DNA of 32,000 nt from Escherichia coli O78:H51 (GCF_030347055.1 NZ_CP126946.1), one strand, 5' to 3'. Positions 11,925 through 21,764 are shown, counted from the first letter of the stretch. Notes: generated by a model not told the origin, from the letters alone. Made by a program: numbers and translations.

Positions 11925-13139
11925 GTGAAACTCAATGCCCGTCAAATAGACACAGCCAAGCCAAAAGAGAAGGCTTACAAGCTGGCCGATGGTGGCGGTT
12001 TGTATCTCTTGGTAAAACCTAATGGAGGTAAATACTGGCGACTTAAATATCGTGTAGCTGGTAAAGAGAAGCTATTGGCACTAGGTGTGTATCCTGAGGT
12101 TACTCTAGCCGATGCTCGGGCAAAACGAGAAGATGCGAAAAGAGGTATCGCTGGTGGTATCGATCCGATGGAAGCGAAACGAGAGGAAAAGATTGCCCGG
12201 GAAACGCAGTTAAACAACACCTTCAAAGATATTGCCCTTGAGTGGCACAGCAGCAAATTAAAAAAATGGTCTGCTGGTTATGCTTCAGACATCCTCGAAG
12301 CCTTCAACAAAGATGTGTTCCCTTACATTGGCAAAAAACCAATCGCCGAAATCAAACCACTTGAACTTCTGAATGTGCTGCGGCGCATCGAGGGGCGCGG
12401 TGCGACAGAAAAAGCCAAAAAAGTGAGGCAGCGGTGCGGGGAAGTTTTCCGTTATGCAATAGTCACTGGTCGCGCAGAGTATAACCCTGCACCAGACCTT
12501 ACTAGCGCGATGCAAGGCCATGAATCTAATCATTACCCTTTCCTTACGACCAAAGAATTACCTGATTTTTTCAAGGCATTGTCCAGTTACTCAGGAAGCG
12601 CATTGGTTGTTATGGCGGCTCGTCTACTGATTATCACCGGCTTGCGAACTGGCGAACTACGTGGCGCATTATGGGATGAAATTGATTTCAACAAGGCTAT
12701 ATGGGAGATACCCGCTTCACGTATGAAAATGCGGCGGCCTCATATTGTGCCATTGTCTGAGCAGGCTCTTTCGCTTATTGGGAAGATTAGAGAAATAACA
12801 GGCAATTACCCTCTTATGTTTCCCGGGCGCAATGATCCAAGGAAAACAATGAGTGAGGCCAGCATAAACCAAGTGTTTAAGCGCATTGGCTACGCTGGAC
12901 GTGTAACTGGTCATGGGTTCCGACACACTATGAGCACGATTTTGCATGAGCAGGGCTATAACACCGCGTGGATAGAAACGCAGCTCGCTCACGTTGATAA
13001 GAACTCAATTCGTGGCACATACAACCATGCGCAATATCTGGATGGACGGCGGGAGATGCTTCAATGGTATGCCGACTATATGGATTCTCTCGAGCATGGC
13101 GGAAATGTGGTGCATATGGTGTTTGAAAAACACGCATGA
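11925..13139 (+). CDS. P4-type tyrosine recombinase/integrase
   Basis: 404 aa; N-terminal DUF4102-type arm domain (LADGGGLYLLVKPNGGKYWRLKYR) and catalytic motifs (TGLRTGELRGALW, HGFRHTMST, QLAHVDKNSIRGTYNHAQY). Confidence 0.95.
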   Translation: MKLNARQIDTAKPKEKAYKLADGGGLYLLVKPNGGKYWRLKYRVAGKEKLLALGVYPEVTLADARAKREDAKRGIAGGIDPMEAKREEKIARETQLNNTFKDIALEWHSSKLKKWSAGYASDILEAFNKDVFPYIGKKPIAEIKPLELLNVLRRIEGRGATEKAKKVRQRCGEVFRYAIVTGRAEYNPAPDLTSAMQGHESNHYPFLTTKELPDFFKALSSYSGSALVVMAARLLIITGLRTGELRGALWDEIDFNKAIWEIPASRMKMRRPHIVPLSEQALSLIGKIREITGNYPLMFPGRNDPRKTMSEASINQVFKRIGYAGRVTGHGFRHTMSTILHEQGYNTAWIETQLAHVDKNSIRGTYNHAQYLDGRREMLQWYADYMDSLEHGGNVVHMVFEKHA

Positions 13140-13445
13140 AACAACTGGACAAGTATACAGAGGTTTACTAAAGTATAGGGGAGTAGATTGATAAAAACTC
13201 ACAGAGGATTGCTATTTAACAGTTAGCCCTGGAGAAGGGCAATCGCTCTTTTATAAACGAAGGTGTATTGAGCCTTCTACGCTGCTGAAAAGCGGAATGT
13301 TCTTTAACAGGCTTTGGCGCTGACAAAGCGCAATTGTTCTTTAAAACTACTGGATGTCACGCCTAATAGCGTGATCCTGCCGAAATGCAGGGTAGCTCTA
13401 CCCTTGTGGAGCAAACAAACCAAAACAATCTGACTATCTTTTATA

Positions 13446-13480
13446 AAAGACCGCAATATGTTTTTCATATTGTGGTCTTT
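13446..13480. terminator. Very strong stem-loop (possible terminator or structured RNA)
   Basis: aaagaccgcaatatg-ttttt-catattgtggtcttt: 15-bp stem with one G.U pair; T-rich tail on the minus strand. Confidence 0.5.
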
Positions 13481-13566
13481 GGCGTATTCGACATTTGACG
13501 CAAATAAAACTCTCGCCATTCGTTGCAGGAGGGGGTTATTGCGTCATTAGTACAGGATATTAATAA

Positions 13567-13770
13567 ATGGCTAATTACAATTCATTAATTCGTCTCTCTG
13601 AAGTTCAAAGGCGAACTGGTTATAGCAAAGCATGGATTTATCGTCTTATTAGTCAGGGGAGGTTCCCTAAACAGGTAAAAATTGGAAGTCGGGCAATTGC
13701 TTTTGTTGAGTCTGAAATAGATGAATGGATTGAGAAGTGTATATTAGAATCTAGAGACGAGGTGGCCTGA
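13567..13770 (+). CDS. AlpA-family transcriptional regulator
   Basis: 67 aa; MANYNSLIRLSEVQRRTGYSKAWIYRLISQGRFPKQVKIGSRAIAFVESEIDEWI is the canonical AlpA HTH pattern. Confidence 0.93.
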   Translation: MANYNSLIRLSEVQRRTGYSKAWIYRLISQGRFPKQVKIGSRAIAFVESEIDEWIEKCILESRDEVA

Positions 13771-14201
13771 TGGAAAAGAAAAACCGCCCATTACAGGCGG
13801 CTAATTCAGATATTCGCGTATCTGATGTTACGCCCCTGACAAAATCCCTTCAAGCACCAAAGCGCACACCGAAAAAGCATCGTGCCAGAGTCTATATGCT
13901 GCGTACTGGTATAGAGGGATGGACAGAAAATGACATTCTTCGCTACTGCCGTCTGTCTTCTGGTCGTAACTATGCAACAGAGTTAGAACGCCAGCTTGGA
14001 ATCACTCTGGAGCGTATCGACGAAAAGAATCCTGATGGTATCGGAACACACCTTCGCTACCGTTTCTCCTGCCGTGGTGATGTTCTGAAAGTGATCACTC
14101 ATGTTAACCATCTTGCGAACATAAATGATCACAACGGACTTTCTCAGCAGGAAATTGCCGACATTCTGAAACTCTACCCGAACGCGTTTAACGCCGCCTA
14201 A
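13770..14201 (+). CDS. Hypothetical protein with possible helix-turn-helix
   Basis: 143 aa, start overlaps the alpA-like stop. Confidence 0.7.
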   Translation: MEKKNRPLQAANSDIRVSDVTPLTKSLQAPKRTPKKHRARVYMLRTGIEGWTENDILRYCRLSSGRNYATELERQLGITLERIDEKNPDGIGTHLRYRFSCRGDVLKVITHVNHLANINDHNGLSQQEIADILKLYPNAFNAA

Positions 14202-14213
14202 CGGAGACTGAAA

Positions 14214-15047
14214 ATGAACATCGAAAAAAGCAGATTAATTTCTGAGGCCGCCCCTCATCTGAACGCCTCTCTGGGCACAATTAACGGTAATGAATTTGCC
14301 GCAATTGTCCCGGTTATTCCTGGTCATATCGGTGGGCGTGAAACCAATATTGTTAGCGCAAAAGCGTTACACAAAGCGTTGGGCGTGGGAAAAGACTTCT
14401 CTACATGGATCACTGATCGCATCTCTGAATATGACTTCACCATTGGGCACGATTACTCAGTCCATAAAACAATTTCCCCAAATTTGGGGAAAAGCCCGAA
14501 TGACGCGGCTTACAGCAAGATTAAGCAGTCTGGCAGACCCGGCAAAGACTATCTGTTAAGTGTCGGAATGGCGAAAGAACTGGCAATGATCGAACGCAAT
14601 GATCAGGGGCGCGCTATCCGCCGTTATTTCATCCAGTGCGAGGAAGAATTACAGCGTAGCGTGCCTGAAATCGCCGCCCGCTATCGTCGCCAGCTAAAAG
14701 CCCGTATCAGTGCCGCAAACAACTTTAAGCCAATGTGCGATGCGCTGAATATGGCCCGTGCCGAGATGGGTAAAACGACGCAGCAACACCACTACACAAA
14801 CGAGAGCAATATGATTTCTCGTATCGTTCTTGGTGGGCTAACTGCTAAACAGTGGGCGCGGATAAATGGCTATTCTGGCGAACCTCGCGACCATATGAAC
14901 GCAGAACAGCTTGAGCACCTCTCATATCTCGAAAGCACCAATATCACGTTAATTGATATGGGCATGGAATATGAGCAGCGCAAAGGAGAACTCACCCGCC
15001 TGTCGCAACGCTGGCTCGCCAAGCGTCTGGAGGCGGTCCATGTTTAA
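14214..15047 (+). CDS. AntA/AntB-type antirepressor-like protein
   Basis: 277 aa; SAKALHKALGVGKDFSTWITDRISEYDFTIGHDYS...GRPGKDYLLSVGMAKELAMIERNDQGRAIRRYFIQCEEE. Confidence 0.9.
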   Translation: MNIEKSRLISEAAPHLNASLGTINGNEFAAIVPVIPGHIGGRETNIVSAKALHKALGVGKDFSTWITDRISEYDFTIGHDYSVHKTISPNLGKSPNDAAYSKIKQSGRPGKDYLLSVGMAKELAMIERNDQGRAIRRYFIQCEEELQRSVPEIAARYRRQLKARISAANNFKPMCDALNMARAEMGKTTQQHHYTNESNMISRIVLGGLTAKQWARINGYSGEPRDHMNAEQLEHLSYLESTNITLIDMGMEYEQRKGELTRLSQRWLAKRLEAVHV

Positions 15048-15219
15048 GCCGACAGGAACACCACAACCTCAAAAACGCTACAAAGATGCCCACGGAGCAC
15101 TCGTTACTGTCGAAAGCGTGTCTCACAACCGAGTGACGTTTTATCGCGACGGGTATCAATCGCCATGCGTACAACCGCTGGCGCGTTTCATGAAGGAGTT
15201 CGCGGAGGTTAACCAATGA
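15040..15219 (+). CDS. DUF4222-like small protein
   Basis: Start at 15040 after a ggagg RBS; MFKPTGTPQPQKRYKDAHGALVTVESVSHNRVTFYRDGYQSPCVQPLARFMKEF. Confidence 0.7.
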   Translation: MFKPTGTPQPQKRYKDAHGALVTVESVSHNRVTFYRDGYQSPCVQPLARFMKEFAEVNQ

Positions 15220-16283
15220 TACCCATCCAGAAGAAGACATTTTCACTGGCTGGTATGTCGCCAAAATCCAGAAATATGACGGCAAAGTCAGGCATTAATA
15301 CAGCAGATACAAGCAAAGTTTATCATTTGCTGGTGGCCGGAACGGATGCCTTAACCATACCAGAAATCTCGGGCGATGATATTAGCCTTGAGAAGGTCAG
15401 CGGCTGCGCCAGAAAATTTCTGGTCGTAGATGATGTCTTCCGCTCGTGTAGTGACTCCACAAAAACATTCGTCCACGCGCGTGACGTTAACGAAATGAGC
15501 GCGATGTACTGTGCTTCTGGTTCTTCCAATAGTGAGTTTTCGGAGTCCATAAAAAAGAGCTTGCCGTTATGCGGCAACACGGTTTATGGTTATAAGGCAC
15601 CTCATAAAACGGGTGCCGGGTTTCGCAGCCCGGAAATGTACGAGGCGACACATGACGCGCCGAGCGTCTTTTTTTGTGCCGTTAGCCAGACTCACACTTT
15701 TTTCAGTGATGTGGTTATAATCCGCGTCGCTTGCAAAATTATGGTGGGCTGGACAGGGCAGCCGAAAGGCTGGCCGGTTTCCTTGTACGCCGGTACTGCG
15801 AACTCTGTTCAGTCCACCACCAGCGAGTTTCGCAGCTCCGGTGGTGGGAAGAATTCCCAGTACAAGGAGGCTGCCACATGCTGGCTACTACCCCTACCCA
15901 AAAACCGCAATTTATCTGGATTATCGCCGCAGTTCGCCGCGATTGCCCGACAATTACCGCCAAAATTCATCATATTGCTGCCGAGTCTGAACGCGATGCT
16001 CGCCGTTCTCTGGTGCGCGATCACGTCTGCTTTTTTGCTGGTCGTATCCGCATGGAGGTGGCACATGATTAAAACCTACGATGTGCATATGGATCCCCTC
16101 GAACGCACAAGCCAGATCATCACACTGACAGAAGTGATTAACGACATTCTGGTGAGCAACTCTCCCTCACGAGACGAAAGACTGAAGGCGTTACTCGCGA
16201 TATTGGATCTCGCCGTTCGTGACGTTCATTTCCTGCTGGAAGGTGGCGAAATGCCAGGAAAAACGGGGGCAACCAATGAATAA
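15216..16283 (+). CDS. Long ORF containing an Ash-family-like segment; 3' part probably a separate gene
   Basis: 355-aa open frame; the segment [30 protein letters not shown]...[14 protein letters not shown] resembles Ash proteins of P4-like elements. Confidence 0.55.
   Translation: MIPIQKKTFSLAGMSPKSRNMTAKSGINTADTSKVYHLLVAGTDALTIPEISGDDISLEKVSGCARKFLVVDDVFRSCSDSTKTFVHARDVNEMSAMYCASGSSNSEFSESIKKSLPLCGNTVYGYKAPHKTGAGFRSPEMYEATHDAPSVFFCAVSQTHTFFSDVVIIRVACKIMVGWTGQPKGWPVSLYAGTANSVQSTTSEFRSSGGGKNSQYKEAATCWLLPLPKNRNLSGLSPQFAAIARQLPPKFIILLPSLNAMLAVLWCAITSAFLLVVSAWRWHMIKTYDVHMDPLERTSQIITLTEVINDILVSNSPSRDERLKALLAILDLAVRDVHFLLEGGEMPGKTGATNE
15878..16072 (+). CDS. Icd-like (host cell division inhibitor-like) small protein, overlapping the Ash frame
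   Basis: 64 aa [58 protein letters not shown]; aaggagg RBS at 15864-15870. Confidence 0.65.
   Translation: MLATTPTQKPQFIWIIAAVRRDCPTITAKIHHIAAESERDARRSLVRDHVCFFAGRIRMEVAHD
16065..16283 (+). CDS. Small hypothetical protein
   Basis: 72 aa [17 protein letters not shown]...; ggaggtg RBS just upstream; overlaps the Icd-like stop. Confidence 0.6.
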   Translation: MIKTYDVHMDPLERTSQIITLTEVINDILVSNSPSRDERLKALLAILDLAVRDVHFLLEGGEMPGKTGATNE

Positions 16284-16470
16284 CTCAATTAATGCCCCTC
16301 GACTTACGTCCGCACTTCAATTAATCGAGCAAGCAGCGGCTGTCCTGGTTGCTGTCAGTCTTTCGGCTGAAGAAATGGACGCTGCTGATGTCGTGGATGC
16401 GATTAAAGCGTGCTCATCTTTGGTTAACGATGCTCGTGCAGAGCTGGTAATTCTTGGTGGTGAAAAATGA
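16276..16470 (+). CDS. Small hypothetical protein
   Basis: 64 aa [19 protein letters not shown]...; overlaps the previous stop in operon-like packing. Confidence 0.6.
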   Translation: MNNSINAPRLTSALQLIEQAAAVLVAVSLSAEEMDAADVVDAIKACSSLVNDARAELVILGGEK

Positions 16471-16730
16471 ATATCAACTTAATTTATCGTCATCCGTGTG
16501 AGCTGGAAATTGAATCATTGCTGAGCCGTGAAGAGCCATATCCAGACACATTCACTCTTGCAGATCGCACGACTGAACGGCTTACCAGGGCGCGCACAGG
16601 TCTGGTTCATGTGATGAATGAGATTCTTCCATCGGTGGGAGGGGAACAGGCGACAGTAATCACTAGCTGGCTACAAAAAGTTACCTCTCTGATAGATATC
16701 AGTTTAATCGATGCGGAGAGTGCGAAATGA
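16467..16730 (+). CDS. Small hypothetical protein
   Basis: 87 aa; 4-bp overlaps on both sides. Confidence 0.65.
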   Translation: MNINLIYRHPCELEIESLLSREEPYPDTFTLADRTTERLTRARTGLVHVMNEILPSVGGEQATVITSWLQKVTSLIDISLIDAESAK

Positions 16731-16948
16731 CCAACATCCAGCTCATTGAAGCACAATGTCGCATCGAACAGGTTCAGACTGTTTTAGGGTTCTGGCTTGA
16801 AGGGGCCAGCCCCAGCAACAGAGACAAGTTAATGATTGGCGCGGTTATGTCACTGCTCAATGGCGTACCAGAAGCTATTCAGGAAGCAGACGAATTGTTG
16901 GGCAAATATGAGTTACAGAATCATTCAGGCGAGGCGAAACATGAATAA
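16727..16948 (+). CDS. Small hypothetical protein
   Basis: 73 aa; overlapping starts and stops within the operon. Confidence 0.65.
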   Translation: MTNIQLIEAQCRIEQVQTVLGFWLEGASPSNRDKLMIGAVMSLLNGVPEAIQEADELLGKYELQNHSGEAKHE

Positions 16949-17543
16949 TTTCTTAACTTTCCATGCAGAAGCAACGCCTGACGGCGTAAACATCATGTAC
17001 CGCAGCAACGATGGCATGACAGAACGCGTTGAGGCCGTCTCATATATTGATGCCGTAAATCGTCTGGATGCCGGGGATTATGACGATAAACCAGATGAAG
17101 GTATGTCAATACATCTCGCTATAGCCGATGGCGGCAACCAGGGATATTTCGATTACACATCACAGCATAACGTCATTATGTGGAGATGGCTGATCGCAAC
17201 AGTATTCATGCTGGAAATGAGAGAGGAAAACGGCACTGTCAGCATCATTGATGATACTGGCAACCCTTCCGAAGTGGCTGTTTATTCCAACGGCATCGTC
17301 GCCATGCCGCTGTATCCAGTAGCAGAGCGCCTCGCTATGGCAAACAACATTGAGGGCGCGATGATAGAACGTTTTGGCATCGAGTCTGGCACAGAACGCG
17401 CCATCATTTTCTACAGAGCCATGATGGATGTGGAACAAGGAGCACTGACTCCATTTGGTCGTGAAACGCTTGCTGAACTTCACAACAGCTTTATAGCTGA
17501 ACTGAATGAAAACGGCATGCCAGCGGAACCAGTGACGCACTGA
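16941..17543 (+). CDS. Hypothetical phage-type protein
   Basis: 200 aa from MNNFLTFHAEATPDGVNIMYRSNDG. Confidence 0.7.
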   Translation: MNNFLTFHAEATPDGVNIMYRSNDGMTERVEAVSYIDAVNRLDAGDYDDKPDEGMSIHLAIADGGNQGYFDYTSQHNVIMWRWLIATVFMLEMREENGTVSIIDDTGNPSEVAVYSNGIVAMPLYPVAERLAMANNIEGAMIERFGIESGTERAIIFYRAMMDVEQGALTPFGRETLAELHNSFIAELNENGMPAEPVTH

Positions 17544-17553
17544 GGATGGAACC

Positions 17554-17895
17554 ATGATTACTAAAAATTTCCGACTGAATGCGCTGGCAAATAAGTATGC
17601 GTCGGCACTGTATAACCACATTACCTCCACCAGCGGCGGGGACTATTTCATGGTTGATGCGGACGGCGAGGCCGTCCGTGTGGAAATCGTCAATGGAGTA
17701 AAAGGCGTTCGCAGCCTGATCGATAGCTACACACTGGCAGCCATGAAAGTGTTCTACCCGCAGTGGGAAACCGTGGGGATCGAGCTTCTTGATCGTTGCG
17801 TCACTAAGGACGGATTGACTGACGTCGGGCGTGAGATATGGCAAAGCATGGTTAATGACATGGGCGCAACTGTAGCGGGAGGTTCTCATGCGTGA
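17554..17895 (+). CDS. Hypothetical protein
   Basis: 113 aa with upstream ggatgg; operon context. Confidence 0.65.
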   Translation: MITKNFRLNALANKYASALYNHITSTSGGDYFMVDADGEAVRVEIVNGVKGVRSLIDSYTLAAMKVFYPQWETVGIELLDRCVTKDGLTDVGREIWQSMVNDMGATVAGGSHA

Positions 17896-18259
17896 AAATG
17901 CAGAAATGGCGCTTAGCTCCGCAATCGGAGAGCAGGTGGCAAAGATTGCTGGTGCTGTGTGGATTCATAACCTTCATTCTACTGGTGAAGAGAAAATGGC
18001 AATTCAGACGCCAGAGGGACGCATCATTACTACATCTCTGAAGCCGTCAGATGTTTGTGATCTGATTTGCGCATTCATGTACCCAGCAATGAGGACTGCC
18101 CACGGCGATAAGTGGAAACTTGCGACAACCGCTGAATTTGATATGTGGCTAAACAATGATGGCATGCTGACTGATTACGGAATAACCAAGTGGCAGATGC
18201 TGGTTAGCCATATCGCAAACGCTATAGACCACGTGGGGTACGGTGATGCGAAACATTGA
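17888..18259 (+). CDS. Hypothetical protein
   Basis: 123 aa; overlaps both neighbours. Confidence 0.65.
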   Translation: MRENAEMALSSAIGEQVAKIAGAVWIHNLHSTGEEKMAIQTPEGRIITTSLKPSDVCDLICAFMYPAMRTAHGDKWKLATTAEFDMWLNNDGMLTDYGITKWQMLVSHIANAIDHVGYGDAKH

Positions 18260-21002
18260 TCTTATCCGTCAGGTTATCAGTGCGTCTGAAAACAACTGGC
18301 CTCATGTGCTGGGCTGCCTGAACATAAATGTCCCTGACTCTCCGCGCCGTCATGCTCCCTGCCCTGCATGTGGGGGCAAAGATCGATTCCGGTTCGATGA
18401 CAACGGGCGCGGTAGCTTCATCTGTAATCAGTGCGGCGCTGGTGATGGGCTGGATTTAATTAAACGCGTAAATAACTGCGACACAACAGAGGCGGCGCTT
18501 CTTGCCGCTGATGTTCTGGGTATTGATTACCGGACAACGGAAACACCAGAAGCCACCAGCCAGAAACGGGAACAACTGGAAACCGAGCGCCAGCGACGCG
18601 AACAGGAGCGCCTGAAAAGGGCAGAGAAGGACGAACAACAAAGACGGGATACGTTTTCCCGTCAGTTTGATGACATGCGCAGAAAGGCTGTAAACGGCAA
18701 ATCTGATTATCTGGTTGCGAAAGTGGTAGGTGATTTTACATTCCCCGTGTTGCCCGATGGATCTCTGTTGCTGGCGCTGGTGGATAAATCCGGCGCAGTC
18801 ACAGCAGCACAGACTATTACCTCACATGGTGAAAAAAGACTCCTGACAGGTTCAGCAAAGCGGGGGGCATATCACGCCATAAACGCACCAGAAACAACAC
18901 AGAGCATCTTAATCGCAGAAGGGCTGGCAACGGCATTATCTGCCCATTTAATTCGTCCAGAGGCGCTGACAGTGGCGGCGATTGATGCCGGGAACCTGTT
19001 ATATGTCGCCCAGGTACTGCGGGATAAATATCCTTCAGCACAAATCATCATTGCTGCGGATAACGACCACAGCGAAGGAAGACAAAACACGGGGAGAATA
19101 GCAGCAGAAAAAGCAGCTTTATCTGTTTCTGGATGGGTGGCATTACCCCCGACAGATCACAAAGCAGACTGGAATGATTACCACCAAAAACACGGCATTA
19201 AATGCGCCACAGAAGCGTTCAATAAGTCAATGTACCAACCACAGGGTAATGGCGTGAAACAGGAGCCACAGACCATTGAGGGAAGCGATTTTAAGGTTAT
19301 GGATACCGACCCACTGAAACCAAGAATAGAAAGCCGCGAGGATGGTATTTATTGGGTATCTCCGAGAGCTGACAGCCAGAGTGGAGAAATCATCAATAAC
19401 GAAAGCTGGTTATGTTCTCCGTTAAGCGTTATCGGTACTGGCAGAGACGATAAAGACCAGTATCTCATTCTTCGCTGGCTGTCGTTTGGTTCTGAAACGC
19501 CGACAACCGCTGCCATTCCACTGGCTGATATTGGTGAACGTGAAGGATGGCGCACACTTAAAGCTGGTGGGGTAAATGTCACGACCAAAAGCAGCCTCAG
19601 AGCAATACTGGCAGACTGGCTACAACGCAGTGGCTCTCGTGAATTGTGGCGTGTTGCTCATGCCACTGGCTGGCAATGCGGAGCGTACATCATGCCTGAT
19701 GGGGAAATCATCGGAACACCTGAAAATCCTGTGCTGTTCAGCGGGAGAAGCTCAGCCGCAGCCGGATATACCGTCTCAGGGAGCGCGAAAAGCTGGCGTG
19801 ATAACGTGGCGCGTCTGGCCTTTGGTAACTATTCAATGATGACCGGGATCGGCGCAGCACTGGCAGCGCCATTGATTGGGCTGGTGGGCGCTGACGGGTT
19901 CGGCATTCATTTCTATGAGCAGTCGAGCGCAGGTAAGACCACCACGGCAAACGTGGCGAGCAGCTTATACGGCAACCCTGATTTACTGCGGCTGACGTGG
20001 TACGGAACCGCGCTGGGGCTGGCAAATGAGGCCGCCGCCCACAATGACGGACTAATGCCGCTTGATGAAGTTGGTCAGGGCGCTGATCCTGTCAGCGTTT
20101 CACAGTCTGCCTATGCGTTATTTAACGGTGTAGGGAAACTGCAAGGCGCTAAAGATGGTGGAAACCGGGATCTAAAACGTTGGCGTACAGTGGCAATCAG
20201 CACCGGAGAAATGGATTTAGAAACATTTATCGCTACTTCCGGGCGAAAAACCAAAGCCGGGCAACTGGTGCGACTGCTGAATATTCCGTTGAGTAAAGCA
20301 GTACGCTTTCACGATTACCAGAACGGAAAACAGCACGCAGACGCACTGAAAGACGCTTACCAGCATCACCACGGCGCGTCCGGGCGTGAGTGGATTAAAT
20401 GGCTGGCAGACCACCAGCAACAGGCTATTAAAACCGTTCGTGATTGCGAAAGCAGATGGAGAAGCCTGATCCCATCCGATTATGGTGAGCAGGTTCACCG
20501 TGTAGCCGCGCGATTTGCCATTCTGGAGGCCGCATTGTTGTTAGGCGAGGTTGTAACAGGCTGGGATGCTCAGACATGCCGTGATGCGATACAGCACAGC
20601 TATAACGCATGGTTGCGTGAGTTCGGCACAGGTAACAAAGAGCATCAGCAGATTATTGAACAAACGGAGGCATTTCTTAATGCCTATGGGCTTAGCCGTT
20701 TTGCACCATTTTCATACAGCCCGGCAGATTTGCCCATCAAAGATTTAGCCGGATACCGTCAGCGTGGAGAACATGACGAAAGCCCAATGATTTTCTACAC
20801 ATTCCCGGCCACATTTGAAAAGGAGATCGCATGTGGTTTCAACGCAAAACAGTTTGCTGAAGTGTTGAAAAAAGCCGGGATGCTAACCCCACCAAACAGC
20901 GGTCGTGGATACCAAAGAAAATCACCACGTATTCAGGGACGACAAATAAACGTTTATGTACTCAATTACCAGCCAGGAGATTATAACTCATCTGAAGAAT
21001 GA
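18243..21002 (+). CDS. P4 alpha-like primase/helicase (zinc-binding primase domain, TOPRIM-like segment, DUF927-like helicase domain)
   Basis: 919 aa; zinc motif CPACGGKDRFRFDDNGRGSFICNQCGAGDGLDLIKR, TOPRIM-like ILIAEGLATAL...IIAADND, Walker A-like EQSSAGKTTTANV, LMPLDEVGQ. True start may be 18246. Confidence 0.9.
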   Translation: MMRNIDLIRQVISASENNWPHVLGCLNINVPDSPRRHAPCPACGGKDRFRFDDNGRGSFICNQCGAGDGLDLIKRVNNCDTTEAALLAADVLGIDYRTTETPEATSQKREQLETERQRREQERLKRAEKDEQQRRDTFSRQFDDMRRKAVNGKSDYLVAKVVGDFTFPVLPDGSLLLALVDKSGAVTAAQTITSHGEKRLLTGSAKRGAYHAINAPETTQSILIAEGLATALSAHLIRPEALTVAAIDAGNLLYVAQVLRDKYPSAQIIIAADNDHSEGRQNTGRIAAEKAALSVSGWVALPPTDHKADWNDYHQKHGIKCATEAFNKSMYQPQGNGVKQEPQTIEGSDFKVMDTDPLKPRIESREDGIYWVSPRADSQSGEIINNESWLCSPLSVIGTGRDDKDQYLILRWLSFGSETPTTAAIPLADIGEREGWRTLKAGGVNVTTKSSLRAILADWLQRSGSRELWRVAHATGWQCGAYIMPDGEIIGTPENPVLFSGRSSAAAGYTVSGSAKSWRDNVARLAFGNYSMMTGIGAALAAPLIGLVGADGFGIHFYEQSSAGKTTTANVASSLYGNPDLLRLTWYGTALGLANEAAAHNDGLMPLDEVGQGADPVSVSQSAYALFNGVGKLQGAKDGGNRDLKRWRTVAISTGEMDLETFIATSGRKTKAGQLVRLLNIPLSKAVRFHDYQNGKQHADALKDAYQHHHGASGREWIKWLADHQQQAIKTVRDCESRWRSLIPSDYGEQVHRVAARFAILEAALLLGEVVTGWDAQTCRDAIQHSYNAWLREFGTGNKEHQQIIEQTEAFLNAYGLSRFAPFSYSPADLPIKDLAGYRQRGEHDESPMIFYTFPATFEKEIACGFNAKQFAEVLKKAGMLTPPNSGRGYQRKSPRIQGRQINVYVLNYQPGDYNSSEE

Positions 21003-21028
21003 GCTTCTTCATGTGCGTAGAAAAGGTG

Positions 21029-21137
21029 TTGGTTCAGTTGGTTCAGTTGGTTCAATTTGTAAAGAGTATTGTTTTATAATGATTTTATTCTTTTTATTGA
21101 ACCAACACTGAACCAACAACACGGTATTTTGAACCAA
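21029..21137. repeat. Iteron cluster A (candidate crr/origin-like site)
   Basis: TTGGTTCA at 21029, 21038, 21047; 43-bp AT-rich spacer; TGAACCAA at 21098, 21109, 21130. Confidence 0.75.
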
Positions 21138-21460
21138 CACAATGTGACTGAATTGATGCGCACAACACCTGGCTGGCATCAGAGAGTGTTTTACGAGACT
21201 TTCGTAAAATCCTGTGTACAAGGGCGTGACGTTTTTGAAAGTGAGCACTACGAAATTTTCGTAGTTCAAAAAACAGCCTCTGAGAAGTTGTTATGCCTGT
21301 TCAGCAAACCATCCGCATAGCTGATCGCGAATCAAATTACCAATGGAGCCAGAAGCAAGGGCAGAACTGAAAAGCGCCTGCCGTGAAGAGTAATGCGACA
21401 CCATAAATATAGTTTTTAGAGTCCATAAAAAACCTGTCAAAACCTGACACACAGAACGAT

Positions 21461-21493
21461 GCCACCAGCTACTGAGCGGTGGCATTTTTTTGT
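21461..21493 (+). terminator. Rho-independent terminator
   Basis: atgccaccagctactgagcggtggcatttttttt stem-loop plus T tract. Confidence 0.8.
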
Positions 21494-21586
21494 GCTATTT
21501 GTTTCATATTTTGCAATTACGATGATGAATATTGCGATTTGTGAAACTATAATAACTGTTGTTTTATACAGTTCTAAGGGGGCGTT

Positions 21587-21748
21587 ATGGCTATTTCAGT
21601 AAAGCCGGTATTGATAAGTGAGAAGCAAATGGAAGCGATAAAGAAAATTCAGGAAGAGCAGCGTAAAAAATCAGGAATTGGAGTAGCGCCAACTCTGCAT
21701 GAAATTGCACGAGGGTTAATAGATAAGGCGCTGGCAGGCTGTATGTGA
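21587..21748 (+). CDS. Small hypothetical protein (53 aa)
   Basis: MAISVKPVLISEKQMEAIKKIQEEQRKKSGIGVAPTLHEIARGLIDKALAGCM after aaggggg; absent from the supplied ORF track because it is short. Confidence 0.6.
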   Translation: MAISVKPVLISEKQMEAIKKIQEEQRKKSGIGVAPTLHEIARGLIDKALAGCM

Positions 21749-21764
21749 AAATGGATGGCATCGC

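Noticed and set aside
13304-13519. 71-aa minus-strand ORF between int and alpA as a firm CDS
   Set aside because: It spans strong hairpins and has no recognisable domain. Kept only as a possibility within the structured-region finding.
21009-21320. ORFs over iteron cluster A (21009..21269 -, 21069..21320 +)
   Set aside because: Their N-terminal parts are translations of repeated octamers (EPTEPTEP...) and are best explained by the iterons.
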